A DNA stretch of 63,320 nt, the filler included, from Hyphochytrium catenoides (Eukaryota; Protista; Hyphochytriomycota): the NCBI GenBank assembly GCA_900088475.1. It is 4 parts of 4 records of this genome, joined end to end, with 100 filler letters (N's around TTAATTAATTAA, not from the genome) between each part and the next. Parts side by side here need not be neighbours in the genome. Positions count along the whole stretch, not along the records: positions 18,476 to 44,438 come from FLMG01004241.1; positions 44,539 to 60,878 come from FLMG01004229.1; 2 more parts are not named here. The stretch is one strand, 5' to 3'. The notes beneath the pieces are model-generated. The model saw only the letters and a program-made list of their open reading frames with translations. It did not search any database and was not told the DNA's origin. The translations under genes and the position numbers were made by a program. Within the stretch, counting starts at the first letter, position 1, and each line of letters opens with the position of its first letter. Shown here piece after piece: positions 36,649-48,295 of this stretch.

Positions 36649-37581
36649 ATGAGAATTTCTCAACTAATGTTGGTTGGACCCGTACTGGCGATCATCTCAA
36701 CGGTAACCCCATGTATGGCGGATTCAAAAGATGTCATCGAAACGGGAATTGGTAGTTCTACCGCCCCGTATAGTACTGCAGAGCTCCTGCACCCTGTTCA
36801 ACAAAGAAGGTCTCTTCTTCGTCAAGAACTACAACTTCCCTTTAACGGTGAGCCAGACCGTATTCTCGTTACCGAGAACCTCATAGTAAACGACGGCCAA
36901 GCCCCTCGCCATGACGATGGCACGAATGAGTCCCAACAACCGAGAAACCTGCAATCCGCTAGCGGTATTTGGAGGTTTGTCAATGTACAGGCAAGTTTGG
37001 CGGGGAGAGCCGTAGTGTTACCCAGACTCTGCCGCCCGTCATCGATAGCACGTCTGTGGAACTGCCATGCCGGATACAACTATCCGCAGTTACCATGCAA
37101 TAGCGGCCGTGAATGTAGCCGGGCAAAGTGCAGTGATGAAACAGGGCTATGCTACATTTTAAGCTGTGCTGCTGGGCAACCTGGGAATTGCGAATGGATC
37201 ATGCGTAATCGCCAGACCGGTCACGCGTTGTACATGAACCAGTATGAGTTTGGAAAGGGCTGCAGTCTAGGGACCTGCACCAATGTACTTATGGCGAGGC
37301 GCTTTGACAATTTCCAATTGTTTACTCTTCGCTGCAGGAGTGCTGCTAGCAGTGGTCCGATCATCTCCGAAAAAATCTGTGAACTGCTACCACTGGGTGG
37401 CTCAGACTTTAGCACAAACAATATGGCTTGGGGATTGAGGGGCGAAGTCAATTCATCATCACGAAAACTCCTAATGCCTCCAAGGAACCCCAATGTTCGC
37501 AGGCCAACGACACCGGAGGAAATTGCAGAATTCTGGGCAGCAATAGCACTACTCGAGCTGGCTAATCAAGCGCAGGGGTGA
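36649..37581 (+). CDS. Intron-less secreted Cys-rich protein (310 aa): signal peptide + pro-region + putative ricin-B/beta-trefoil-like domain
   Basis: Open 933-nt frame with GCAACCATG start context. Signal peptide MRISQLMLVGPVLAIISTVTPCMA; RRSLLR and PRNLQ processing-like motifs. 12 Cys after RNLQ. Repeats WRFVN/WIMRN..TG.AL, LWNC, NFQLF and [YF]xLxC...CE. The fold assignment is inference. Confidence 0.7.
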   Translation: MRISQLMLVGPVLAIISTVTPCMADSKDVIETGIGSSTAPYSTAELLHPVQQRRSLLRQELQLPFNGEPDRILVTENLIVNDGQAPRHDDGTNESQQPRNLQSASGIWRFVNVQASLAGRAVVLPRLCRPSSIARLWNCHAGYNYPQLPCNSGRECSRAKCSDETGLCYILSCAAGQPGNCEWIMRNRQTGHALYMNQYEFGKGCSLGTCTNVLMARRFDNFQLFTLRCRSAASSGPIISEKICELLPLGGSDFSTNNMAWGLRGEVNSSSRKLLMPPRNPNVRRPTTPEEIAEFWAAIALLELANQAQG

Positions 37582-37619
37582 AACTAATAAGTAAGGCTAG
37601 CTGTTGATGGACGGTGATT

Positions 37620-38310
37620 AGCTGCTAGGCATCATACATCGTCTTGTGCTTCTGCAGGGATGTTTGATAAATATACCAATAGTCTTTATCGAAATTTGAG
37701 CTCCCATTGGGCGGCGAAGGAGCCTTCACTGGCGATGCCAGCCATTCGCATGCATTGTCCCCACCACCAAGTTTGAAAAAGAAAGCTCCATTCACCTCAG
37801 TTGCAAAAGTAGATCGTCCCGTGACATAAGGAAAAGATATCTGAATAATAGGTAGTTCAAGGCATGGTGAATACATTGATGCTACATACATTATGCGGAA
37901 GAAAGAGAAAATATTCATCGGTGTTATGGCACCAGCCGTCGTCGTTGTGGCGCCTCAGCCTTTTCATTAAGATGTTGCTGCTTCATAGACACTCCTACTA
38001 CCGCTGTACAACAGCCGCGGTGCCGCCTCGATATCAAGAGTCTACCTAGCCTTCAGCGTAGACTTTAATTGGAAAGCAAGCGACCTATGGATGGAGTTGT
38101 CCAGAAGGAGCGGGCCCTGTGGAACGCGACCTCTTCTCTGTTGTTGCCCCTCTTCTAGAGATAATCTCCACTATGAAGATTTGTCAAACGCATAATGATA
38201 GTACAATGGGGCAGCTGTTGCCTGTCAAGCATGCTTGATTTCCACTTTTGCCAGACAATTTTTCTCTTGGCAAACCAGAAGATCCCTGCACCATCACAAC
38301 GGACTCTGTA
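37620..38310 (-). pseudogene. Decayed paralog fragment(s) of the secreted Cys-rich protein
   Basis: ACLTGNSCP/HCTIIMRLTNLHSGDYL at ~38155-38240 (cf. SCAAGQPGNCEWIMRNRQTGHAL), PQRRRL (cf. QQRRSL) and GDNACEW (cf. PGNCEW); multiple stops. Confidence 0.45.
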
Positions 38311-38339
38311 CATTAATTAATTAATTATTTGCTGAAGGA

Positions 38340-38720
38340 CATTGTCGGCAGGCCATCTGGTACATTCGCTAGAGGATCAGGCAAGACGAGGTTCATCTTC
38401 TAGAGCACACTGCTATGTATGTGGAGAGGGACAAGCGTGTGAGGAAGAAGTACATTGATTCCTCCTCCAGTTCTGGTTAACTAAACGGGAGGTGTGAAGG
38501 ACGGAGGGTCAGCAGGGCTCCTATCGCGTCTTCATCTGGTCGAAAGAGCCTCTACCTTCCAATCAAGTCTACTCTCTCGCTAGGGCTTTAATATAGCGAA
38601 GAACAGCTTTGGATCGTCTGGCCTTGAGCTCATGAGCAGGCCACTCTTGATGACCAGCTCTTTCTTGAGTGTTTCCTGCTTGAGCATCGTGACTGTTGTC
38701 TGTTGGTTGTTGACCCGACA
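38340..38720 (-). mobile_element. Possible decayed retrotransposon gag fragment
   Basis: LMSSRPDDPKLFF and PDEDAIGALL loosely resemble copia Gag helices; interrupted by stops. Confidence 0.2.
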
Positions 38721-39199
38721 CAGTAGATAGAGAGAAGCGCCCACGTTATATAAGTCGCACTAAAGTTACGCTAGATACTTGCATAACCACACATCCTCAA
38801 TTTTGTCTGGGTAATTGCATTATCCTCCCAGTCAGAAGTCTGCCATCAAGTATTTTACAGGACTTGTTAAACTTACTCTTGCAACTTAACAAGTATATTT
38901 ACGTCCAGATATTTGGGGCTAAGCTCTTGTATGGCCTTTCGTGCGACGAAGTGACAACCCACGGACTGCTACAAGACTCAATCACCTGATGAGCGCCTGC
39001 CTCACCCCTTGAATGAGTCCTTGACATGACGCTGTGATGGCTCATCACAAGGTCTAGGGCTCTCCATAGATCAGCCTACCTTCCGGACTAAGGAGTAAGC
39101 ACAAACAAGAACCTGGTCTCCCTCCTCTCTTCTATCCTTGGCTGACAAATGATCTGTCGTCTCGTTGCTCCTCGAGCATAATAGGGAGAGGGTTGGGAC

Positions 39200-41416
39200 A
39201 TGGAGGTGAGAGGAAAAGCAGCTGGTTTCGTCCTATACTGCCCAAGCATCTGCTCATCATGTATCTTAGATTGCTGAAAAGCGACTGAAGGAGCTCTATG
39301 ACATTCATGATCACTACTTTGCTTTGGACAAAAAGGAAAAGCAGGTAAGGACGGAAAATAGCCTGATAATGCAGGTTGGACTTTTGCCATCATAGGTCTT
39401 TCCTAGGAGAAGCTTCAGGAGGCAGCAGCTCACGTTTTGGAAGCTTTAGAGAAGGCTGACGAAGGTTTGCTTCTGACACTACTTCCATCGCACTCACGTG
39501 ACCTAAACAAACTCGTTCAAGATGCTGTTACAAAAGAGGACCGGGCTAGAGCCCTGTATGTGAGAGGAAAGGCATTGGACGCGTTTGAAGACTATAGCTC
39601 CACTGCAGAACGCCTGCTACAGACATCCGTAAGAGCTCATGGTAGTGCTCTCAGGATTCTTTTCCAGTCCTAACGCGGTAATGCTTCCTAGGTGAAGCTG
39701 GATCCGGGCAATAGCGATGCTTGGAACTCCTTGGGTAACTGTTTTTGGAAAAAAGGGGATCTTCAAGCAGCCAGAAACTGCTTTACGACCTGCCTGGACT
39801 TCATTCCTGGGAGAGCTGACAAGCAGACCCTCAGAAACTTATCCATGCTCCTTCGGCAGCTAGGGTCAAGCGTTGAGCAGCGGAGCAAGAATATTACGGT
39901 ATGACGACCTATGTCTATGCCTTTCCTTGTAATTGTGCACACGCTAATCGGGGCCTGCCTGTCTATAGGCGTCCGTTGATATTGCGAAAAAGGCAGTGAC
40001 ATTAGATATTAATGATAGCTTATCGTGGTGTAAGTTTCTCGCAATAGAGCTGCTGCGTGACAATATGTCCACTTGCTGAGCGTGGGCGTCTAGATGTGCT
40101 AGGTAATAGCTATTTAGCATTCTTCTTCAACAACAGCCATAGCCCTTCGGACCTTGATAGGTCTTTAGCAGCCTACAGTAGAGCTGTAAGTATAGATATA
40201 ATCTACTCAGCCCAGGTAACTAGGATATCTAACCTCTCCTTCATGATAACAGGAGCAAGCTGGAGGCGCGAATAATCCAGACTTACACTACAATCGGGCG
40301 AATGTACGTTGGGAGAGGGTGTTACCTGCATACGCTGGAGCTTATAATTGTATTGGATGTAGGTCTATAGATACAAGGAAGAGTACACGCAGGCTGTGAA
40401 GTGCTACGAGGCGGCTTCAAAGCTAGATCCCTCACTACCTGCTCAGGAAGCAATTGACGTTCTAGTCCGCTGGGTTATGAGAGTGCACAACCTCATAGAG
40501 CGAAAGGTGATTTGCTGAATGACTAACTGTAATCATTTTACCATTGATTCGCCTCCTTTGTTACTCTTGTGGCGTCATGACCTAGGTTCTCGCCCTCTCT
40601 GCTCTTCAAATACCCTTACGGTATACCTCGCATCAACTGCTAATTTGACCGTTACCTCTAATGCAGGGGCGTGTCAAGCCAAAAAAACTGGCAAGTCTGA
40701 TAGCCTCCCTACCCCCAACGACTGAAGTTCAGGGTAGAAAACGAGCAGCGATATCAACTCTAAGGTTATTAGTGGCTATGTATTGCATCTTCTCCAGGGC
40801 TGTTGCTAACTCGGTGCTATAATAGGCAAGGGGAGAATAAAGGGAGATTTGTCGCCCTGAAGTCGTTGGTGGATGTTGGCAGGAACAATCAACCTCCCGG
40901 GTAAGTTTACCTGTTCGCTGGTTGCAGCACTGTGAAACAGCTCTGCTTATAAGAACTGTTATCTAGTCAGCTACATACACTTGGATTCCTTGATCAAGGC
41001 TTCTTATACTGATAGGCTCCATTACCCATGGCCAGACCACTGATATCACGTGTCATCCTATACTCAGCTGTTTCATTATGACGGACGAGGAAGCTGCATG
41101 CGTTGCGGTGTCTATTTATCATCTGGATGACAGTCTCTACAACAAACTCAGCGATAAAGATGTCTTCTTCGTTTTGGACCCGTACTTTAGACACATTGAC
41201 TTTAAGTTTCAAAACCAGGTGAGACAAGCAGCTTGACAAGGATGATGAACGGGACTTAACTCCGTTGTCTGTTGCCCTGTCTCTGTGGATTCTGAGCAGG
41301 AGGCTTGCTATAAATGTCTACAAGTCTCCGAGCCTCACCTCTTCTTAGTGAATGGAAAGGTTTGCGCTGAGTCATACGCACATGCGGAGCTAAAGTTAGA
41401 CAACTTTGACCACTGA
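39200..41416 (+). CDS. TTC5: Tetratricopeptide repeat protein 5 (TTC5/STRAP) homolog
   Basis: LKELYDIHDHYF, RGKALD...YS..AE.LL..SVKLDP....AWNSLGNCFWKKGDL..ARNCF, LRNLSMLLRQ, SWYVLGN.YL..FF, NPDLHYNRA, C-terminal OB-like region ending LLVNGK-type motif. The first coding exon appears to be ATG GAG only. Confidence 0.9.
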
Positions 41417-41482
41417 TATCCGGTCAGCCGTAGCATCTGACCCTTAAATACTATTTATCAGCCATACTACGCCAGTTCCCCA

Positions 41483-43116
41483 CTAGTTATTCTTTGCGGC
41501 GGAACCATCGTCTAATGATTGTGCCAAAGAGGGGTCCATCACCTGACAGGATTTGTGAGACAAGCGAGCTAGGGAAGGCAAATAAGGAAGACGTACCTTG
41601 CGGTTTCTTGCAAAGAAGCTTAGCGGAGATTTTTGCACTAAGGAAGAGTGTTTAATCTTTTTCATCGACACCTGCTTCTTGAGCGCTGGTAGTCCTCCTT
41701 CCCCTGCCAATGAGATCATTCAAGAAACAAGAAGTCAGAGAGTAGATGGCCATCGAGGTTATGGATATGTTCTCTATCCCGACCCGAACCTTTCATTTCT
41801 CCTAGATTAAGCATTGGAACAGCCACCGGAAGGGCAGGCTTAAGGGAGGAGGGTCTTGCCGAAACCTGGCCCTCCTTGCCCCACAATCCATCAGCCACTG
41901 ATTCGTCATCGCTCCTATCTGGGTCCTCATCTTCTTCTGGTTCATTCTTGGAGACTGCGAGAATAGAGTCGAAAATGTGGGCATGACGCGACGCGACTCA
42001 GTGCCAACACTCAGGATACGTACTGCGCTGACTTGATCGTGGGGAAAGGGTTGGTGCCTGCTGAAATAACTTGGCATTCCGCTCAGCTATAATGGCCTCC
42101 ATCTGTACAATCGTCAGAGGTTTGTTCAGTGTTCGGCACCCCTTGCACTATTGGCTGTAGCAGCTCCGTCAAAGTATAAGCGTAATATGCATGGTAGGAG
42201 GTGATGATAGGGTTCAGATGACCCCGCATCAGGATACTCGGACCGTACGTAAGAAGATGAAGAGCGAAACAATATAGTGGAGCATACCCTAAGATCTATG
42301 TCCGTCTGGGCAGGAGGAGGTGGAGGGTAGTTAGGCCACATGGCTGGAACTCCTGGCTGGTTGCCCTTTACCGGCTGATGACTCTGTACGATTTCCATGG
42401 CCTCCTTCTTTATGGTTTCCAGCTCTGCAGGGTCCATCGTAAGGAGAGAGCTAGAGTTCGGAAAGACGACGTAAGGAGACAACGGAACTGCATTGAGCCC
42501 TTCGCTTAGCTAATACCTAAGAGGAAGCTGCCCATCTTCAGCATTATCCCACGCATCGCCATAGATCTCTCTGAAAAGCAAGAGCCACCATCTTGTTTTT
42601 AGCCTGAAGTGATACATTGTAGAGGTAGATGCAGTTGTCGTACCGTCCTCTTGCCATGATGGCAGCAAGATGTTCATCCTCTTCCTGCTTATGACGGATG
42701 GAGCATCTTAATCTATACACGTAGGAGGCAATTGGAAGATGTGGAGTGAGAGATGTTCAAGCTTACCACTGGAGTGCCCCTCGCGGTGTTTATTCTACTA
42801 GTCAGGTACTTCTCTAGGTGCTGCGTCTTTCCTAGCCTTCGCCTCTCTTTCTCGAGCCGCTTCTCGAGTGCTTGAACACGAGCTTGAGCACCTTTACCCC
42901 TCTTTTTGACTTTCTTCAGGACTCTCTCCTCCTGACCCACAGGATCGTATAACTCTAGAATATAGCAGTGTCATTGGGATCATCAATTCCAATTATCAAA
43001 GGCGACAACCGCCTACCTGGCCTCCCAAACTGCTTCCTTAGTGCAAATAGCGTGCAGATCGAGACAGTCACCACCCCTAAAAGGATCAGGGAAAGTACTC
43101 CAAAGACTGCAGTCAT
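41483..43116 (-). CDS. Hypothetical protein: N-terminal TM anchor + coiled coil + Pro-rich region
   Basis: Spliced reading MTAVFGVLSLILLGVVTVSICTLFALRKQFGRP|ELYDPVGQEERVLKK...ALEKRLEKERRR...|EEDEHLAAIMARG|REIYGDAWD... with canonical GT-AG junctions; no family recognised. Confidence 0.5.
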
Positions 43117-43346
43117 CTTTCCTATACTGATCTTCCCACTTTCATGAAAGCTTTATCTGTCAATGTCTTTCTGAATCGTTCGCGGGCTTCCTATGGGAAG
43201 CGATGCAGATAGGAAGCAATTAGACTAGAGGCCGCCACAGTCGGACAGAGTCGCTAATGGGAAAGCTAGGCGAGTAGGAGCGTCGCTGCTGAAGAAAAGG
43301 CTAACAAGAGGACAAAAGGTGGGCTCACAAGGGAAGAGGGCCTGGG

Positions 43347-43363
43347 GAGAGAGAGCGAGAGAG

Positions 43364-43414
<51 letters not shown>

Positions 43415-43460
43415 TCGAGAGAGATTGAGAGAGAAAGAGACAGAGAGAGAGGTTGAGAGA
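43347..43460. repeat. (GA)n microsatellite
   Basis: Directly visible. Confidence 0.9.
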
Positions 43461-43969
43461 CAGACCATCGAACCTCTGCCCATCACCCCATACACCCAAT
43501 CACAGCTTTAGATGACCTATTTTTCCTAGGCACCCTTGTGCTCTTTTCACTTATCACAGAGGGCGTCGGTAGTGTCGAAACAGTGATTATATAAATATCG
43601 GACAAACCGAAACGACTTTCATGATGGTTGTACGAGTTGTAGTGCCTGAGAGAGATCTTCTTCCTGTTCGGTCAACCGCAGAGCGCTATTTCCTGACAGC
43701 TTCGAGGATTTTGGGATATAATGCTTCTGAGGGACGTTTGTACGCGCTAACGGACTCTTTAGGGCCTGTCCTAGCAATAGTTCCATGGACAAAGCTCGCT
43801 TGACTTGTTGGGAAGGAGGATAACTGTTGGCCAGTCTGTGTCATTGTGGCAGGGAGAGCAACTAAACTAATTGACCGATCTTGTGCTAAAAAATAAACCG
43901 TCAAAGAAAGAAAAACAGGCTTGGTGTAGGGCGGCACAAAGACTTAGATAAAGCTGGTTTAGCGTAGTC

Positions 43970-44438
43970 TCAACAACAGTAGATAAAGAGCTTCAGACGA
44001 TCCCGTAGTGAGCTTCCCTCAAATCCCCTCATGGCACTCAAGAGTCCAAGGTTGAGCGCTGCTATTTGCAGAATAGGTTCAGGTTGTGCTAATGCGAAGC
44101 CTGGAGTCAAGCCTACGCTTTCACACCAAACCATACGTGCGCTATTCTGAAAGCGCATAAGACCCTGACGAAAGATTTTCCTCTCCTCGGAGTTCCAGTG
44201 ATCAGAAATGTTGAGGAAGGTATGGCCAGCATCCTTTGCTTCGTTAATCTTGCTGACCAATTGTCGACATTCCTCGGCTTCCTTGATCTCCCTGTTCTTT
44301 AGCTGGGACTCTCTCCTCAGCCACCCGGAACTTGAGGAAAGTAAGGTTTGCAGAACATTCTCCAAGGCACGATTCCTGATTGGCAAGTCTCTGATCGCAC
44401 TGCGACATTTAGGGCAGTCCAGAGATTGACGCATCCAC
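43970..44438 (-). CDS. RING-finger protein, 3' part (5' truncated by gap)
   Basis: WMRQSLDCPKCR...PIRNRALEN is the C-terminal half of a RING domain, followed by a helical region. Confidence 0.7.
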
Positions 44439-44538
44439 NNNNNNNNNNNNNNNNNNNNNNNNNNNNNNNNNNNNNNNNNNNNTTAATTAATTAANNNNNN
44501 NNNNNNNNNNNNNNNNNNNNNNNNNNNNNNNNNNNNNN
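44439..44538. other. Artificial contig-joining spacer
   Basis: 44 N + TTAATTAATTAA + 44 N. Confidence 0.95.
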
Positions 44539-47500
44539 TACCTTCTCCTCTACCTCTGTTGCATCCTGGAAGGCAAAGATTTGATTTTGAGGATCCGAGG
44601 CAACCACCTTCGGCAGAGCGGTAGGCATTAGTTGCGAAAGAAGGATCTTCACTTAGTTCTAAGCCCTTTCTGAATGGCCTCACCTCCGCTCCTTTGGGAG
44701 AAGAGCAACTATGAGTGATTTCAATACTCTCTTCCTGCCCCTCAGTCCCAGCCACTTGATTCGTGTCGTCGTCTCTATTTGCTGGATGTGCTTGCTCTCT
44801 CCCTGAACGGGAAGTGGCAACACAATGTAAGCTCTACCGAGCAAGAAAGTAGGACAAAAGCATGGGGGCCAGGAGCTAGTTACCATCTTCTCCTTCAATG
44901 GGAGGCACAGAAGACCCTCTGCTTTGATTAGCGTCCGATGTCCTTTCCGTAACGCTTTTCGGTATAGTATCCAAGCTTTCTTCAACTTTTTCCTCCAAAT
45001 TTATCGCTAGGCACCTCTTCAGCTCCATCTCCATGTTAGGGTAACTCTTCCTAGCGCGCAGGCCTCCCAGCTGCACCAAAATTAAGGGAAAACGCTCTCA
45101 GTAACCAAAGACTCCCATATCGTGAAGGCACTATGTATTAGTCCAAGATGGGGCTCTTCGTTATGTCTCCCTCATATTGAAAAACAGGGGCTTATGACAA
45201 GATAAAATAAATTCACCTACATTTAACAGCTTAGCCAGCTGTGACTTTCTCTCCGAAGACAAAAGGACCTCCTGGGTTTGATCCCTTTGTTGAGCACTGA
45301 CCGGCAAGAAATGACTTGCCAGGGCCTTCGCGAAGAACTGTTCCACATTTACTGCGGCTAGAGCCTCATTAGCAAAGTTTATCGCCTCCTCTATAGGAGA
45401 GAGTGAGGGAACTATAGATATAGGGTCTTTAGGGACGTTGGGGGCATATTCCGGGTTGGTACTCGTGGTCTGAGCTGGGCTGTCAAACTCTGCGAACTCT
45501 GTCCCTTCAAAGTCTCCAAACTCATCTGCTTCTCCACCCTGTTCAAAGTCGCCAAAGTCCTGTTCTGTGGCTTCTACCTTGGGGAGGACGCTAGATGACT
45601 CTTTCCTCGCTTCTTTGTCCGGAAGCGGTGCTGAAATCTCCGTTATATTGGTCCCATCGCCGGTCACTACAGCGAACTCACCAAAATCGACTTCTCCGAA
45701 CTCACCAAACTCTTCCATCACTTCCACTGGCCCTCCTGCTGCACCTCGACTTTCTACGTCGACAGCCAAGTTATTCGCTAGTCCTTGACCTTCTTCTTGA
45801 CTAGTAGCATGACCCGAGAAGTCACCAAAGTCTTCGAAATTTTGATCGTCGTCTACCATACACACAACTCCTTGTTGAGAACCATCAATCAGTGGACTGT
45901 GGCTCCCCTCTTGCTTTCTTTGGGACGCACCAAAAGCAGTTCCCGAAGGCAGAGACTGAACCTCTCCCCTTTCGGTGCTAGAGCCCTTGGCAGGAGAGGT
46001 GATATTCGCATCGAGAGCAATGCCGCTCGTCAGTTCCGCTGCCCCTCTCTCATGATTTGGATTGAGTGACTGAGAGACGGGACTGTCCTCGACGTGCCCA
46101 AAGTCGCCGAAGTCGTCAAGCTCCATCTCCTCAGCGGGTACCTCTGTCTTCTCTTTTCTATCATTAACAGCCAAGAGGTCATGAATCCCTTCAATATTTG
46201 AAGCGTTTGGCTCTTGCCCCTCTGGTCCTTCCTTGTTTTCGATGCTAGAGCCGTTGGCAGGAGGGGTGACATTCGCATCGAGAGCAATGCCGCTCGTCAG
46301 TTCCGCTGCCCCTCTCTCATAGTTTGGATTGGGTGACGGAGAGATGGGACTGTCCTCAACGTGCCCAAAGTCGCCGAAGTCGTCATGCTCCATCTCCGCA
46401 GCGGGTACCTCTGTCTTCTCTTTTCTATCATTAGCACCCAAGAGGTCATGAGTCCCTTCAATGTTTAAAGGGTTTGGCTCTTGCCCCTCTGTTTCTTCCT
46501 TGCGTTCGATGCTAGATCCCTTGGCAGGAGAGGCGAGATTCGCATCGAGAGTAATGCCGCTCGTCAGTTCCGCTGCCCCTCTCTCATAATATGGATTGGG
46601 TGACGGAGAGTCGGGACTCTCCTCGACGTGCCCAAAGTCGCCGAAGTCGTCATGCTCCATCTCCTCAGCGGGTACCTCTGTCTTCTCTTCTCTATCATTA
46701 GCAGCCAAGAGGACATGAGTTTCTTCAATATTTAGAGCGTTTGGCTCTTGCTCCTCTGTTCCTTCATCGCACTGTAGCTCGTCCACGTCTCCCAGTTCCT
46801 GCACCCTTGTGTCTACGGCCAATGAGATACCGCCACAACCCACAATGTCTGCGTCCGCTGGGTCTGCATACTCCCCGGTCACTTCGACTTGTTCACCCAT
46901 TATCTCGCGGGTATCATGTCTCAATCCAGCTTCCTCTTCCTTGATAGACATACTTGGCTCCACCTCTAGTGCTTCTGAAGTATTAGGTGTCTCTGCGGGT
47001 TGTTCAACGGGCTGTTCTTCTCTGCCCAACTGGCACTTGTCGACACTGCCGTCCTCTAGTTCATCCTCACGACTCTTCGGCAGCTCCACAGCCCCATCAC
47101 ACTCCGACTGTAACTCCTCATCTGTTTGCTTAAAAAAAGGCGAATGCCCGTTCCTCGTTACATGGACGTGCTCCTCCCATGGCCCACTGGCGGTAGAGTT
47201 CTCTTCCAAGGACCGAATATCACCAGTGCCTCTGATCTCTTTTCCAGACTGAGTTGTCTCTCCTGCCAAGCAGCTCTCCGTGGTCCCCAGCTCGAAGGCT
47301 TCGTTTTCGGGCCTCCCTCCTTTAGCTTCTGCTGGTAGAGTTACTGTCCTGGGCCCGTCACATGCTTCACTAGCAGAACGTTCGGCCGCCGCAGTTAATT
47401 TTCCCGTCATCTCTGTAGCACATTCTGTTCTCTCCTCGGGAGCCTCAGCTAAATAATCACTCTGTGGCTGTAGCGCACTGGAAATGTATCCTTTTTGCCC

Positions 47501-48295
47501 TGTTACCTCTACTTCTACAGCTGTTTCGACCTTCTCCATCCCTTCCTCCTCGGGTTCTCCTCCCACTTGGACCAAAGGCTTCATCTTCTCTCCAACCGAA
47601 AGGGAAGAAGCAGATGTGTCGCGTTGAGAGATTGAAGGCGTGAAGAAGGGAGGAGAAGAAGCCATCACGCTAGAGATCGTAGCCTCCAGAGAATGATTGC
47701 TCTCGGTTTGATCAATCTCTTCGTCCTCCAACTGTGCCTCGTCCCTATCCGCATTAGGCACGGCGGTATGTTCAAAGTTTGGCCGCTCGCCTTCGTCTGT
47801 TTTCTCCGCTAAGGATTCCTCAGTTATCACCGCCAGCTTCTTCGTAGTGTACTCTTTCCTGGGAGAAGGGGAAGAGACATAGGCGTCCATTTCAGTGCCA
47901 TCTATAGAGCCAAGCTCTTGCTCTCCTAGAGGTGAGTCAGGCCTGTCGGAACTTGGAGAGGAATATTCTTGCCATGCGGTCGAATGTGACATAGGAGATA
48001 GGGATGTAGTCCACGCCCTTCCTATTGCTTCTTCCTCCTCTGTCTCTGCTTCACTAGTAGGAGAAATAATAGCCTCACCGGCAATCTCCTTGCTATTGAA
48101 ATGAGGCGAACCAGGGATGGAGCATGGCAAAGACCGTGGGTCTGCTGCCGCTGGAGAAATCTGTTGTACCGTGCCATTCCCTTGCTTCACCGCTCTATCT
48201 AAAACATGAGCACTCGGGGAGTGGATAGGCGGAGATGGGCTCTCTGGAGCAACGCCCTCTTGGATGCTGCTTCCTCCAGGAGGTGAAGGCTCCAT
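44539..48295 (-). CDS. Large acidic disordered protein with many DFGDF/EFGEF motifs (aftiphilin/gamma-synergin-like AP-1 accessory protein), 3' end lost in gap
   Basis: An exon of about 3.1 kb contains DDFGDF x3, EDFGDF, EEFGEF, VDFGEF, QDFGDF, DEFGDF and EFAEF, which match known gamma-adaptin-ear binding motifs. It splices on to exons at ~45070-44885 and ~44800-44540. Confidence 0.7.
45962..46762 (-). repeat. Three tandem copies of a 267-bp (89-aa) coding repeat
   Basis: GGGTACCTCTGTCTTCTC recurs at 46136, 46403 and 46670 (period 267). Confidence 0.95.

Noticed and set aside
38313-38327. Natural TTAATTAATTAATTA run at the right edge of the island
   Set aside because: It has no flanking Ns or terminal inverted repeats and no matching site at the left edge; it is insufficient to call a transposon boundary.
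38862-38894. 9-bp inverted repeat ACTTGTTAA/TTAACAAGT and small hairpin TGTGATG-GCT-CATCACA (~39033-39049)
   Set aside because: They are short enough to occur by chance, and no supporting element structure was found.
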